This document shows positions 15,319 to 29,164 of a stretch of DNA of 64,000 nucleotides, piece by piece; position 1 is the first letter of the stretch, and every line of letters begins with the position of its first letter. The notes below the pieces were generated by a model, which was not told where the DNA came from, searched no databases, and was given only the letters and a program-made list of their open reading frames with translations. A program made the position numbers and the translations under genes. The stretch comes from Moniliella sp. 'wahieum' (Eukaryota), in contig RSEE01000023.1 of the NCBI GenBank assembly GCA_003971905.1, forward strand, positions 558,001-622,000. Reading direction: 5' to 3'.

Positions 15319-15792
15319 TTTTCTTCAGTCACGCTGGTCAGGCCAGGCCAGGTATAGCAGCACACGAAAAGCCCGAAACTTGGTAGTGACGCTCATGAAT
15401 TAGGAGGTCGAGGTGGTTGATCGAGTATGGTGACAAAAAATAAAATGGGATGGGGTCGATAACAAGACAATAAGATGGTGCTGGAATCGAGAGTATAGTA
15501 TGCACAGAGAACAGAGAGGTATGGGGTACGGTTCCGGGGGCCAATGCAGGAGTGGAGAGGGGGTGATTATGGGGGGTGCAGAGAGGAAGAGAAGAAGGAA
15601 GGGAGGGACGATCGGGGGGTACTCCATCGTTTTCTTCGTTCCCCGCGAATGGCGCCGAAACACGACTAGCAGCCCCGGCTACTCTGGTGCCCGTATCCAA
15701 TACAAAGAGAGCTTGATGCAAGGGAAAGGGGAAATGGGAAAGGGGGAGAGGGAAAGATGGGGTAGGTATACCAAAACCACGTACAACTCACT

Positions 15793-17318
15793 TCACCACA
15801 ACGACGACACTGCCAGCAGAGCCACTGCCAAGGTGAGAGCAGGCGCAGTGGTGAGGCTAGCCACTGAAGAGGACGTGGCACCTGGAACGACGGTTCCGTT
15901 GGGCTCGGCCGTGGGCTGGTACCGGTTGTGCGTGCCAGGGCCGTAGAGGCCAGTGACGTTCCCGTTGACATAGTCCCGCCGCCGGCGGCCATGAGCAAGA
16001 TGAACGACAGCGCCTCGGGCGAAGTAGGTCCCGGCGCGTAAAAGTTCAAGACATTGACGGTGTTCAGGGTCCCAGCAATTCGCCCGCTGGTCCCAACGAG
16101 CCTTGAATGGTCTGGTAAATTTTCTCGGCGGCCGCCACATGCTGAGTCTGGTTGGCTGCCATGCTGGCCACGCGGAAGGCAGAATAAGACAAAAGTGCAC
16201 TACCCGCTGCATCAAGGAAGGGAGGTGTCGTTCAGGTGATTGTGCAGCAAGCCCGTTGAGGCATCTGCCGTGGAAAAGGCAGCGCCGAGAATCTGGTCGG
16301 TCCAAGTGTAGAGATCGTTGACTTGCGATAGCATCGCGGACGCATGACTGCTCTGCACGATGCTGGCTATTGTGCGGAGAAACCCGGCAGTGGCCCATCC
16401 GTTCCCAGTCGCCTTTAAGTCAAGAGATAGAAAAGCCCGTGTCAGTGCATCTTGGGTCATGCCAAAGAGCTTAGGAAAAGGGAGAAACGTACCCAAAGGG
16501 ACGGGTCCGAATTGTTGCCCGTAACATTGACAATGTGCGACAACAGCCCCGAGGGTTGGACCAAGCCCTCATGATAGAGTCGCATCTGGTCGTACGCCAG
16601 CTGGAGCAAAGTCTGGTTATCATACACGGTGCCGTAGATCCCCAGGGACGAAGCCATGTAGATCCCATCGGACCACAGTTCTTGCGTCGCAGTCCGCTGG
16701 CTGATTGCACCCGAAGGAGTACGCGGCGTCCGGTTCAAGACAAAGTCCAGTTGCTTCCGGGCGGCCGTGGTAAAGGTCCCATTGTTGTTAACGTCTTCGT
16801 GCCCCGTGATCTCGCCCGTACTGGTCGCCGCCAGTAGGACCGGGACCGAGCACGAGAGCGAGTCGAGGCTCGACCCGGCCCACACATCTTCTTCTCCTGT
16901 CACATACGAGCACAGACGCCCAGAACTGTCCTGCGACCCCACTGCCGAGTTGGCCAAGCTAAGCTGGACAACGGGAAGGTGCTCCTTGGGGAAAGGGAGC
17001 CGCTACCGTAGGCCAAACCATCCTTGCTGTCCGTAAAGTAGTTCCACTCGCTCGGGGCCTGGAGTTCAAGGAGGGTAGCGGCATAGGTGCCTTGCACCCA
17101 GCTCGGGCGCGACCGGCCGAGATGGCAGACAAGGCGGCTTCAATCAAGGTGTCGTTGACCTTGCCGCTGATTTTGGTGCTGCCACTGCCAGAGCGGCGCA
17201 GGCGCCGGAACCGGGGTGTACTGGGCGAGTCACGTTCGGCGGGCATGGCGCAGACAGAGGCGGGGAGGCCAGCTGCCAGGCCAAGAGCCAAAATAGCGGC
17301 GGCAGAAAGGTGGACCAT
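15793..17318 (-). CDS. Secreted GH105/GH88-like (alpha/alpha)6 unsaturated glycuronyl hydrolase, probable GPI anchor
   Basis: Signal peptide MVHLSAAAILALGLAAG. Motifs QGTYAATLLEL, RTPSGAISQR...ELWSDGIYM, GLLSHI, W-ATGNGWATAGFLR (W|ATGNGW split by an intron). C-terminal S/T spacer plus hydrophobic tail ALTLAVALLAVSSLW*. Confidence 0.8.
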
Positions 17319-20300
17319 GCCGCTGGTGGTTAAAGACGGGAGGGGGCGGGGAGAGGGCGGGGAGAGGGCGGGCAGGTGGGGGAAAAGAGCAGGCGGAAGC
17401 AGACCAGCTTCTGCAAGCGTCGCGTCGAACGGGGAAGATGGGCGGCAGGGGGACGGCGAGGCGGCGGCGGGGGGTGGGGGTATAAGTACACTACACTCCT
17501 CGGGTCTCTGACTGAGGCCTCCCGAGGTATGCAAAAAAGGCAAGAGAAAAGAGGGGTTAGGTACCGGAGACAGGCCCAGTCTGCACACCCGCTCAGGGCA
17601 TGCCTGAAATTCTGGCGAGCCGGCACACAGCGCAGCTGCCCAGTGCACGGAGCACACCTTGCCGTGTACGCACGAGCCCAGCCGCGGGGAAAACTGCCGG
17701 ACGACGGTGATCGATGACGAAGATATGACGCAGCGCGCTGCCCAGCTGGAGCACAGGGCCAGTGGTGTGCGGCACCGGTTTCACTGGAGCGGCTGCTGTT
17801 TCCATTCTTCGCAAGCGGCGTGCCGTGTATCACACTCAAAGCCGTGGGGGCAGCCTCTCCGAGATCTCACATACAAATCTCAATCGCATCCGCTCGCAGC
17901 AGTTTCCGCATGCAGAATGTGGCGAGCGTGCGCATGCTCCTCCAGCAGTCACGACTAGTCATCTAGTCGTACTCGTACTCAGTACTCGTGCATCATGCAC
18001 ATGCCCATGGTCAAACCCTCCCCTAGGGCCCAGCCATACGCTGAACTGAGCCCTTTTGGACGAAACCGCACATTCATCTGGCAACACTCCCATTCCAGTC
18101 TCCCCCCGCCATCCATCCCCATTTACGTCTTCTCGCTTGTGATGGAGATTTCTGTCGCCTCGCTTCTGCGCAGTTACTAGTTACGGGCTATGGGTTGCAT
18201 GCATGCCGTGCCTACATGGTTACAGGGCTATCGGCTGCATATGGTTACGCGTACGTCGGCACAGTGTGGCTGCGCGTCGCACGGCAGCTCCCGGCTCGGC
18301 CAAGCCGCTGCCGCGCGGCTTAGCACCGGTATAACCGGTATAACCTGGCATGGTGTAAAGCTTAAAGTGCATAGCATAACCGCCGCCTGCCCTCACTTGC
18401 CCTCCGAGCTTGAAAAGCATGTGAAGCGTCGAAATTCACATGCACCCACCACACCCTATACAGTGAGGAGGAGCGGTGACAGACTTGGACTTGTGACGAC
18501 GTGGCCAGCGACCGGTGATATTTTCCCATTGCAGAATTTATTCCTGCGGTGGCTGTGTGCAGTTGAGGCTCAACTGAACGTACTGAACGTGCACGTGCGA
18601 TGCACGGTGTGCGACACATGATCGAAGTGATCGATGTTGGGCGCTCCACGCAGGTCTTGTTTTCCGTATAGATGGTTGGGCAGGAAGGGTATCGGTGACC
18701 ACGTGAACTGAGAGAAGTCAATGATTAATGACGGGTGCCGTGGCCGCCGAGATCTGGGAGGTCCTAGGAAGGCGGGAGGCTAGAGTTGGCTATTGTAACT
18801 AGTGTCTTTGTTGCGCTGCAGCTTGGCCTTCTTGGCGAGCGTGGCGCATTAAGTGTGAGCGCGTAAGCCACAGGAAAAACAGGCTGTGCAGCTGTGACGC
18901 GGTGACGTTCAACGCGCAGTACACATTCGGGCCGCAGGGATGGACGCAGCGTACACACAGAGATAGCGTGCCCGCGCTGTATATCTCCCGATTGTACTTA
19001 CCTCGTATACATACCTCCTGTGGGCTCCGCGCGGCAGATGGCGGCAGAGTGGCGGTACGTTCTTTTTCCTTTTGCATTGTGACATGTACTGTGACGCGTG
19101 ACCGTCGCGCGCGAATCTGCATCAGGCCCTCAGGCCCTCAGGCCGGTCATCACCATCTCAAGATCTCTTCAAAAGTATATACTCACGACTCTTCCTCCAT
19201 CGATATGCTTCCGCTACAGTATTGCCATTTGACCAGCCGCATACTCACCACAGCGAGACACTTTCTGTGTCACAAGCATATACCTTTCACAACACCCATT
19301 CCTAGAGGATGGGCGCTTTTCATCGCATATATATGGACTCTATAATACTACCGTTTTTCTTTTTCCCCATCCGAGAAAGCCCGAGAGATCTTTTGGATCC
19401 CCCCCACCTCCTCTATCAGCAAACTTGCATTCAAAGGTTCACACCCCTCCCCAAAGCTCTGTTCATTTGAAACACATATTGCGCGCACTCTGTTCTCCAT
19501 GACCATCAGCTAACATCCGTCGACGTATCATGACGATATGTGCGTTAAATTCACCAGAGGAGAGCCCGTGTTTCTTGTCACATGTCATCCCGCCTCTTCA
19601 GAGGCATATTCGGAGAGCCACAGAGCGATATGTATTACGATCGATCATCGGGATTCTTCCTACCTCCTCTCATTTCATCGAATGTGCATACTCCCGGTAC
19701 TACTCACGTATACTGACCGTCGGATTTTGCAGGAAGAAATATATCACACAGAAAAGGACGTTTCTGACCGCAGGCCACCCTCAAGATATAGGAAGACAAG
19801 TAAGCACTTACACTACTAATATTTTGTGCGGTGGACGTTGATTCATCAACAGCATGGCCATCGCATATATACTGACTGATGCGGTTGTACACGCATTGTA
19901 AATGAGCACGAATACTGACTAACATTTAATGAGTTGTTACTATGTGCGACAACATCCTTCCGCCGTTTTTACTTGCAACACAGAAGAATGTTTAGAGACT
20001 CAATAAAGGCTCAACTGCCCACACAAAGGTGCTCATGGATGTTTTGGGAGCAACAGCCGTGGACCCTATAGGGGAAAACATTGATTCTCTCGCTCTAGCA
20101 CGCCTATGAGAGACACCGCGGCATAATGGGCTCGTATAAGCGCCAACGGTCACAATACCTTCGGCGATACCGGGACGGTAACTCGTCGGGGAGGGATTTA
20201 TACCAGTGGTCCAATCTTTGCAACATGATCTGCATGATCGGAAACCCTGTTGCCAACGGAGCTTAGTGGCACATCCATTCTTTTGCCAATGGAGAGATGT

Positions 20301-20899
20301 GTATCCAGTGTAATCCTCTGTTACTGACATTTTTGCAATATATACCCTCACTCATTTCTTCTAAACCTGTGGCAGCTCTTCTCTCATGAATGAATACTTG
20401 ACCTCCTTCTACAGTACTTCTTATACTTGCGATGACCGAGACTTTGTATAACCGGGGGCTGATGCACTGATGCAACAATTTCACCCGCCAAAACAGCTTG
20501 CCTCAGGCCTCACGGAGCAAGTGCAACGGGAGTATAGCTTTTGGGTTGTGCTTCGCCGAAATGAATCAGTAATCGCTCACACGAAGGGCTGCGAGAGCTC
20601 TACTGCTTCAATGTTTTTCCATGTGGCCGTGTCAGACGTAGACCTACATGGAATTTGAAGCGACACATCTATATGCTCTTGGTATCTATTACAATCCCTC
20701 GTCCCGTCAACGCTGGGTGACAGCCAACAGCGTTTAGCATCTACACCGCATTGAGGACAAAATGTGATGGGCCGCCTTCCTTTTCAGACTGCCCTCTCAT
20801 CTCCTTTTCACTTCTACCTATCTATCGCAAACCCTATACAAGGATGGTATGGCAGAAGACGAAAACAGTGTGTTTTCCCTACATCACATGAAAGGTTGT

Positions 20900-22104
20900 T
20901 TAGATGTTGTCCACTTCCATCTTGCGCAACTTGTCTTGAAGCTCTCCCTGCAACTTGTTGATGGCTTGGGTCGCCTTCTTGACTTCCTGTCAATCTATTC
21001 ATGTGAATGCAGAACCATTAGTACATTTCCCGGGGGTGTACGGGATCGCGTCACTTACCTCCTCTGCTTCTGACTCGCCCTCGTTTTTGCCCACTACCCC
21101 TTTGTTTGTATCCTTTTGAACGACCTTTCTCGCGCCTTTGCGTACATACCGTGCTTTGCGCCGGTAATGCTCGGCCACCGAAGCCACCTCCTTGACCATC
21201 TCCTTCCTGGTATCCTCCGTTGCTCTGATGTATTACATCACAGAGGAAGTTAGCTTGATTAACTGCAACTCGCCTTGGCATTTTGTTGCAGGCTGGTGGG
21301 GTGTGAGAACATGGATAATACGTACTTGGGCAAGGGGACACGGATCACTCCCTCATCGTTCGGGCTGCAAGGTAGGTACTAGGCTGAGGTGCGAGTCATA
21401 AATGGCCTTCTCGACTGCTTTGACGTACTGGATGCATAACCCAAACCCGCAGTCAGTGCTCTCCTCTGTGTCAGAATACGAAAGCGATAGGGACGTACGC
21501 TCTTGTCAAAGCAGCTGATCACGAAGCCATCGTTGTTGGCGCTCACATTGGCCAACTCTTTAATCTGGTGAGTTGTGTCGTCACGGTTGTGGTGCAACTG
21601 GGCTGGGAGTCGCTCGATCGTCTCTGGAATCAGCAATGGTCAGCGCTCTCGTCGTTCTTGACACACGCCGCACAGAGCTTTGAGGTAGGGCTGACAGGAC
21701 ATACTAGGATCCGGGTTGCCCAAACGGGACATCACTTCTGAAAAACGCATCTCGGCCTCCGAGACGACTTGCTCGAACTGCTCCCACGTCTCGTCTTGGT
21801 CATACTGTTCTCCCTTGCGTTTATCGTCTCCGACTGTGCCCGCATTCTTGCTCGAGTCATGCGGGTCGATCACCGCGGTCTCTCCTGCCGAATCACGTTC
21901 CATCTCCGTCAGGTCCCCGGGGTCGTCTTGCGCCCGTTTCTTTTGCTTTGCGCTGGGCCGGTTTTTTTCCGCCAGCGCCGAGGTGGTGAAGATACGTGTG
22001 GTACGAAGGGGTTGGGGAAACTGTGCGCGCATTCCCTGTGGCCATGCCATAGCCATAGGCAATGCCGTGCGCGCAATCCGACTGACCGACCGCATCAGGA
22101 CCAT
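20900..22104 (-). CDS. RRF1: Mitochondrial ribosome recycling factor
   Basis: Arg-rich presequence MVLMRSVSRIART. Spliced exons give IKELANVSA...VISCFDKS, VKAVEKAIYDSHLSLVP...IRVPLPK, TEDTRKEMVKEVASVAEHYRRKARYVRKGAR and a final coiled coil, matching the RRF fold. ~4 introns. Confidence 0.75.
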
Positions 22105-22899
22105 GGTGCTAGTCTCAACTGGCAAGGAAAACAAAAGGTGTTGGGAGGAGCAAGCGTTGCGGCGAACTATGCAGACTTGAGCACGCTGCTTTTAACCTCC
22201 TCATCAACATTGTCCCCTCATCCCCCCTTTCTCCGTAGACGTACGGTACTCTCACTATGGGCCCCACATTCTCGATGGGCGGCCTTAATCCGGGCGCGGG
22301 TCAACGAGGCATCGGGTATTGGTCAGGGTGTTTACCTGCAGTGGCCGATATGATGGCGGCCCACTACCTTTCAGATCGACCACTGGGTCTGGGCACCTGG
22401 AGACCTCGGAAGCCCATAACAAGCACAGTGACATCATCCTTCTCGATTGTAGCTACATCGGGCCAAGTGTGAATAACATCCGATCCTCACGATCTGACAC
22501 ACCCATCGATCATCCCATTCATCATTTGGAGTGACGCAGAAGGTCACGGTCGTAGAGACACCCGATCTCGGGGACACATATAATATTCCAGGATCAAGTC
22601 GAGCGAAAGAGAAGGAAAGGAAGGATGTGGCCCCAAGGAGAGGATGTAGAGAGAGGAGCTGCGTATGATGGGCGTGCGCGAGGGCTTGGCCATCTTGTCT
22701 ATCACGCGTCATGCATGATGCACATCACACATCACATTGCGAGGCAACTTCTTCCTTTTCGTCCCCATCTGTTGCGATTACATCTGATGTCGCCAGTTCT
22801 TTTCTAGACACGCAGTGACGCACACAAGCACACCCGACGAGACACACACGTCGACAACAATGCATGGTGTCCGCATCGTACCAACTCCATCATCTCAAC

Positions 22900-25007
22900 T
22901 TAGTAGAGCGGCCAAACATGGTCCAGGCCAACGCCTTCTTGCCGCACTGGGGCAGACCTTGCCCTCGATCGAGGGGTAAGCAGTCTGGTCGTTGGGGATG
23001 CACAGCGACTTGGCGCCCATCGAAGGTGCACGCTCATCCACCTCCTCTTCGTTCTCGACTGTCCGCGCGGAGCGGTCCTTGATGGCGTCCTCACATGCCT
23101 CCTCCTTGCACCACGGGATGATCACATGGTTCTTGGCGTTCAACAGCGTCGTAAATTCGTCCCACTGGGTGCAGACCTTGCGGTGCGCCGCATACTCTGC
23201 CTCTGCCTTCTTGTACATGTCCGACTGGATCGTCTCCAGCAGTTCCGACACGCTCTTCTCCACCCCCTCAAGCGGTAGGGCAGCCTTCTTAAACGTGTCA
23301 CGGCGCGCCGACAGCACCGACTTCTTCTTGAGGTCGAGCGGGCCAAGCTCCAAGCGGACCGGCACGCCACGCAGTTCCCAGTCATTGAACTTCCATGCTG
23401 GGCTGTAGTTGTCGCGGTCGTCGAATTTGGCCCGGATGCCAGCCGCAACGAGCTGCTTCCAGAGCTGCTCGCATGCATCGTGGATTTGCTTACGCTCCAC
23501 ATCACCGGTCTTGACGGTAATCCCAACAGGAATGATCACCACCTGCAGCTTGGCCACGCGCGGGGGCATGACCAGACCCTTGTCATCACCGTGCACCATC
23601 ACCATCACACCCAACGTACGGGTCGAGAGACCCCACGAGTTCTGCCACACATGGATCTTACCCTCCGGGGTGCCGCGCACCGACGCATCCGCTGCCGGGT
23701 CTTCCACTGTGATGTCAAACATCTTGCTAAAGTTTTGGCCAAGGCGTGCGAAGTACCACCCTGGATGCCACGGCCCACAGCCGGATAAAGCCCTCGACAG
23801 TCGTAGTAAACAGACCACCGGCAAATTTCTCCTTCTCCGACTTGACACCCGGCACGACAGGCAGGGCGAGGAGATCGGTATACACCTTGCGGTACAAGTC
23901 AAGGATGGTGTACACTTCCTCCTCTGCCTCCTTGCGGGTGAGGAAAGCAGTGTGGCCTTCCTGCCACAGGAACTCACGAGTACGGAGGAACGGCTGGGGG
24001 TGCTTGAACTCCCAGCGCACGACCGAGTTCCACTGGTTCAGCTTCAGTGGCAGGTCGCGGTGCGAGGTGATCCATTTGGCATAGTAGGGGTACATGACCG
24101 TCTCACTGTCGGCGCCGAATGGCGACCGGGCGTTCCAGCTCAGACTGGCCAGCACGCGTCACCAGGCTACTCGGGGGCAAAGCCCTCAATGTGGTCCTTC
24201 TCACGTTCCAGCACATCCTGCGAAACAAACGGGAAGTAGCAGTCTTCCACTCCAGCTTCTTGATCTCGGCGTCAAAGAAGCCTTGGATGCACTCCCACAC
24301 AAAGTACGACCACGGCTTGATCACATAGCACCCGACACGTTGTAAAGTCAATCATGTCCCTTGCGAAGAACCTGCTGGTACCAGTCCGAGAAGTCGCCCT
24401 CTTTCCGCACAGTAATTCCAATCAGCGAAGCATCCTCAATCTTAGCGTCGTTCTTTTTCGGTGCGGCGGCCTTCTTGGCTGCCGCTGGCGCCGCCGAGCC
24501 TCGGTCTGGAGTGCCGCAAAGTCAATCACCTCCGTCTTGACGCCCGTGGGCGAGGTATTTGGCAATGTCCTGCCCGACAAGAGCAGTGTCTTGTCGCTCG
24601 AACCGGCGTGCACAGCTTGCTTATCAGACGCAGCGCGGGGCGCCATCAAGCGCGACAGTTACCTGTTCTGCGTTGGCCTTGGTGATGGACAGCGGCGACA
24701 CATCCGGGTGCGCTAAGCGTAGAGGCAAGCACGTCCGCCGACGCGAGGCGCAGATCCTTCAGACCAAGTTTTTTCCCCAGCGGCGCGGAGCTTGTCTGGT
24801 TGTCTCGGACGCAATCACGACGAGCAGAGAGGCCTTGCCTTGGGCTTGAAGACGAGAGTCTTGATGTAGGCGGCCGGGCCGGAGTGGGCGGCGGCCACCG
24901 CCGTCTTGTACTCGGCGGGGCTGGCGGCAGGGGGTGCGCGATAGGCGCGTCGTGGCTGCGATGGAGAGGGTGGCGAGCTGGGCCTGGATGTCGGCAAGCG
25001 TCGGCAT
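22900..25007 (-). CDS. Cytosolic prolyl-tRNA synthetase with N-terminal YbaK-like domain
   Basis: [10 protein letters not shown] (YbaK-like); [107 protein letters not shown] end. Many indels. Confidence 0.95.
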
Positions 25008-25443
25008 GGCAGAGCAACGGCAGCGGCACACGACAGGTGGAGGGGGTGGTGGGGGGGGGTTGGGTCAAAGAAAAAGCCAGGCAAATCCACGTCGGCGCCG
25101 CCACACTGCTCCTGTGCCAGAGGAACGACTGGCCACCGTTCCGCAGCCAGTTCCGCACCGATACGAAAGTGCAACGAAACGCCTACCCGTGAGGCCCGTG
25201 GGGCGTGCCAATTCCGGGGTTCCACACCACTCCTGCCTGTCCCATGTCGTTGCTGCCGCCGCTCAAGAGGCTGCCACCGACCAGGCAATACGCGACCCTT
25301 ACGAGATGGGGACCGATCAGCGCGGAAAGCACATTTCTCTACCATTATCGCCCAGTAATGAAGAATCCGCATCCGGGAAAAGGGAAATCCCCAGAGATTG
25401 CTGGGGGCATGGTTTTGTTAAATACTTTCAAGCAGTGATCGAA

Positions 25444-25543
25444 GCTTCGTTGGCGCAGTTGGCTAGCGCAGGTCTCATACCATGAGTCTGAGTGGAATAT
25501 CCACGCCATCCTGAGGTCGCCAGTTCGAGCCTGGCACGAAGCA
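25444..25543 (+). tRNA. tRNA-Met (CAT), elongator type, intron-containing
   Basis: GCTTCGT/ACGAAGC acceptor stem, A box TGGCGCAGTTGG, anticodon arm CAGGT-CTCATA^A-TCCTG with a ~28-nt intron at 37/38, T arm GCCAGTTCGAGCCTGGC, followed by a T7 Pol III terminator. Confidence 0.9.
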
Positions 25544-25599
25544 TTTTTTTCGGTTCGTGGGGTTCCATGCTGCCACTCTGTGGATCTTTTTATAGTGAT

Positions 25600-27300
25600 G
25601 CAATGCATAGGACACCTACTATCTCTGGGAGAAGCGATATTGCAGCGGTATCACTTGCATGATAGGAGACTTTTACCGCGCCATGTGTCAATCCGTGGGG
25701 CACACACGCACCATCATCTATACCTATAATACACACCTTTTTCACCGCGTCCCCCTCCTCGAGGTTTTCTTTTGTCACTTGTTAGTAGTAGTCGGGGTGT
25801 AACAGGGTGTGTGCCATAATCTTCCGTGCCGTGACCACCAGATTCTCCACTCCCGGTGCCCCTTTGTAGTTACCGGCGACCGTCTTCCCACACCACGGCT
25901 TTGCTCTTCTTCGCTTTCCCTCTCACAAACACTTTGTTCTCCGCTTATAGTGTGCTGTTGAGTGACCGAGACCTGGGGGCACCCTCTCTCTCCTGTAAGT
26001 GGACTGCTGTACGGCGGAGACTGTCTTCTCCTGTTGCACGACGCGACACGCACAACACAGTGTGCTTATTACTGAAGTGTTGTGCGACAGTGACTGTAAT
26101 ATGCTATAGTACTAGTATTAGTAGACATGAATCAGTGTTTCTGGCTGGGGCCACCACCACCACCACACCGTCGCTACTGCGATGGCATCACCCTATATGT
26201 ATGGAGTGTGCACATGTACTAATATCGGATCACTGGGAGTCTCCCCTCTCATGGCAAACCTATGCGGGAGAAAGATGCAGAGAGCTGGAATATTATATAT
26301 CAGTGTGTTGGACGGGTTGATGTGGTTCCCACGGTACCGTTGGACACCCACTTCTCCGGCGGCAGGCTTTCCAAAACAGTCAGGCATCACACTTACGCGC
26401 GCGCTGAAACTCAGACAAGAAAAGGGGTGTGTCTCTCTGGTCAATCTTATCGGAGTTGATACTGGGCGTATAGTACTCATCCTGGAGCATACTCTCGTCC
26501 AACTTCTTTTACCTCTTTGAGACTCTATATGATAGCATTGGGATATAGACACCGCCGCGTCCTCTCTCCACTGTCATCAGAAATTCTTCTCTTCCGTAGT
26601 ACGAGTAGGAACAAGGGCAGCGTGAAAGACCTACAAAAGGTAGACCAAGACGTCATATTGCCTTTTGAGAGTCGCACCGTTTTTTGATGCCCCCCAGTAC
26701 TTCTCTTGTGGTTGGCTATGGCTTCCCCGCAAGCACCAATGTGGCTGCGTCTTCGCATCGCCCTGAAGTGTCACAGAAGGCAAAGGGGCATCGTACACGG
26801 GGATCCGAGTTGTGGGAAACGGTTCAGGGCATCTCCGACAAACGAACTTGGCCCAAGCTTGACGATGACTTTTGCAGTTAAAGCCTGTTGGCCTCTCTCA
26901 TCGAGCGAGAGGCCGGAATATAGTCTCAGCATCGTATACACCCTCACGAGCACGTTCTTCCCTCTCTCTTTGGAAAAGTGGAGCAACGAAGGGGTAAGGA
27001 AGAGGGTGATCACACCTTCTTAAACTCCTGTACAGCAAGGGCTGTGTGGTTGGATGTTGGAGAGGGGACCAAAGGCGATGTTGGCCACAAAGGTTGATGA
27101 AAAGGTTTGACCAACTCGTCTCCGGCGCACGGGGGGAGGGGCTGAGCTTTGGACAAAGGGATGGGCTCCTTAGCCCCACAACACAGAATCGAAAGTGGTA
27201 GGAACATCGACTAATATCAATGCTGCCAAAGAGACTTGCGCCCCGACACGGGCGCCATGGCGTCCTGCTCCTGTGTCTACTTCGTTGCGAGAGGCTTTTG
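25600..27300 (-). mobile_element. Possible highly degenerate LTR-retrotransposon pol remnant
   Basis: Lower-GC, ORF-poor block. Minus-strand fragments LTPSLLHFSKE (RT-RNaseH linker-like) and RDTPLFLSEF..LFWKA..HQP..TD (integrase SDRD..F.S.FW..HPQTD-like). Resemblance judged by eye only. Confidence 0.3.
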
Positions 27301-27734
27301 TCCTCGGGGGCGTCTGTCTGTGAAATGACATGTGACGCGGCGGTCATCAATTCTATCACCGATCAACTCACACCCATTTTAACTTTCAACTACGCACTGA
27401 GTACAAAGATAGGCGGCCCCAGATATAGTGCTAGTGGGCTGCAGGCGGCCCCTGTGCCCGCCTGGCGTGGCCAACTGACGTTTTAATGACAGCCAGGACT
27501 CCGGCAGCTGCATCAGCGGCTCAGGGTGCATCATGCATCATGCCTCTGCCCCCGGCCTGATGCATGATGACTGATGACTAGATGACTGATCTTCAGCCTT
27601 GTTCCGCATCAACCATCCACGTTCAGCGCAAGCTCCTCAGCCCCACCCTCCGGCCTCAGGCTGAGGCTTGTCCATCATCGCCATCCCCTGCCCTCACCAT
27701 CACCCCCGCTGGCTCGCACGCGGACGCCTGCGCC

Positions 27735-29164
27735 ATGTCCGGTTCTTCCAGCGTCGTTGGCGTCCACTACAAGGTCGGCCGCAAGATTGGCGAGGGCTCC
27801 TTTGGAGTTATCTTCGAGGGCACCAATCTACTCAACAACCAGACCGTGGCTATCAAATTTGAGCCGCGCAAGAGCGATGCACCCCAGCTGCGCGACGAGT
27901 ACCGCTCTTACAAAATTCTCAGTGCATGTTTCGGCATCCCCCAGGTCTACTACTTTGGCCAAGAGGGGCTGCACAACGTTCTCATCATTGATCTTCTCGG
28001 GCCCTCACTCGAGGACCTGTTTGACCTGTGTGGCCGCAGGTTTTCCATCAAGACTGTGTGCATGACCGCCAAGCAGATGATCACGCGCCTCCAGAGCGTC
28101 CACGAGAAGAACCTCATCTACCGCGACATCAAGCCCGACAATTTTCTCATTGGACGGCCCCACACCAAGGGAGCCAACGTGATCCACGTCGTCGATTTTG
28201 GTATGGCCTGTATCGCGACCCCAAGACCAAGCAACACATTCCTTATCGTGAGCGCAAATCGTTGTCTGGCACGGCACGATACATGTCCATCAACACTCAC
28301 CTCGGGCGCGAGCAGTCGCGCAGAGATGATCTCGAATCGCTCGGACACGTGTTTATGTACTTTCTCCGTGGCTCGCTCCCCTGGCAGGGGCTCAAGGCCG
28401 CCACCAACAAGCAAAAGTATGAAAAGATTGGGGAGTGCAAACAGTCCACCCCGGTGGCCACGCTATGCGAGGGCTTTCCTGAGGGATTCGCAATTTACCT
28501 CAACTATGTGCGTAAACTTGGCTTTGAAGAGGAGCCTGACTACGACTTTCTTCGTGACTTGATGGACAATGTACTCAAGTCTCGGGGTGAAGAGGAGGAC
28601 GAGAAGTATGATTGGAACCTACTCCATGACGGCCAAGGGTGGGAAGCATCTCTCCAAATGCAGCACCGCGAACGTGAGCGCGAACGCGAGCGCCGGGCCG
28701 AAGAGCGGGAGCGCCGCCGTCGACAGCAACACCAACAAGTCACTCCGTCAAATGCGGCGCATGTTGGGCCACCCACAGCCGCCCAAGGCGCACCAGCGAT
28801 TGGGCGAGGTGGGTCGCAACACCACCCTGCCTTGGCTGGGGGTGTGGCGACCCCCGTCTCGGGTGAAACAGGGCGCTCTCGCCCGCCGGGTTTGGGCTTG
28901 GACTCGGGGCCGGTGGAACCGTCCGGGTCAAAAATGGCGGTTCAGGGGGCCGGTACGCAAGCAGGGACTCCGTTTGGTACAGTCGGTGCCCATGCAGGCG
29001 AAACATCGGCAGTGGCTGCCCCCGCGGCTCCGGGGGGTGAGCTGCGGCATCGCCCAAAGAAAGTCCCTTCGCCTGCCAAGCCTGTTAACCTCCCCACTCA
29101 CGCCTCCAGCAACAGGAGACAAAGCAACACCTTCCTTCATATCTTGACGTGTGGCTGTGTTTAA
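27735..29164 (+). CDS. YCK2: Casein kinase I (Yck1/2 / cki1-type, palmitoylated C-terminus)
   Basis: [68 protein letters not shown]; ends LTCGCV*. One indel at ~28208. Confidence 0.95.

Noticed and set aside
25444..25543. tRNA-Met apparently 2 nt short between the D and anticodon arms; tRNA-Phe stem mismatches suggesting editing
   Set aside because: Best explained by a collapsed GCGC repeat and base-call errors given the error rate in this window; cannot be claimed without reads.
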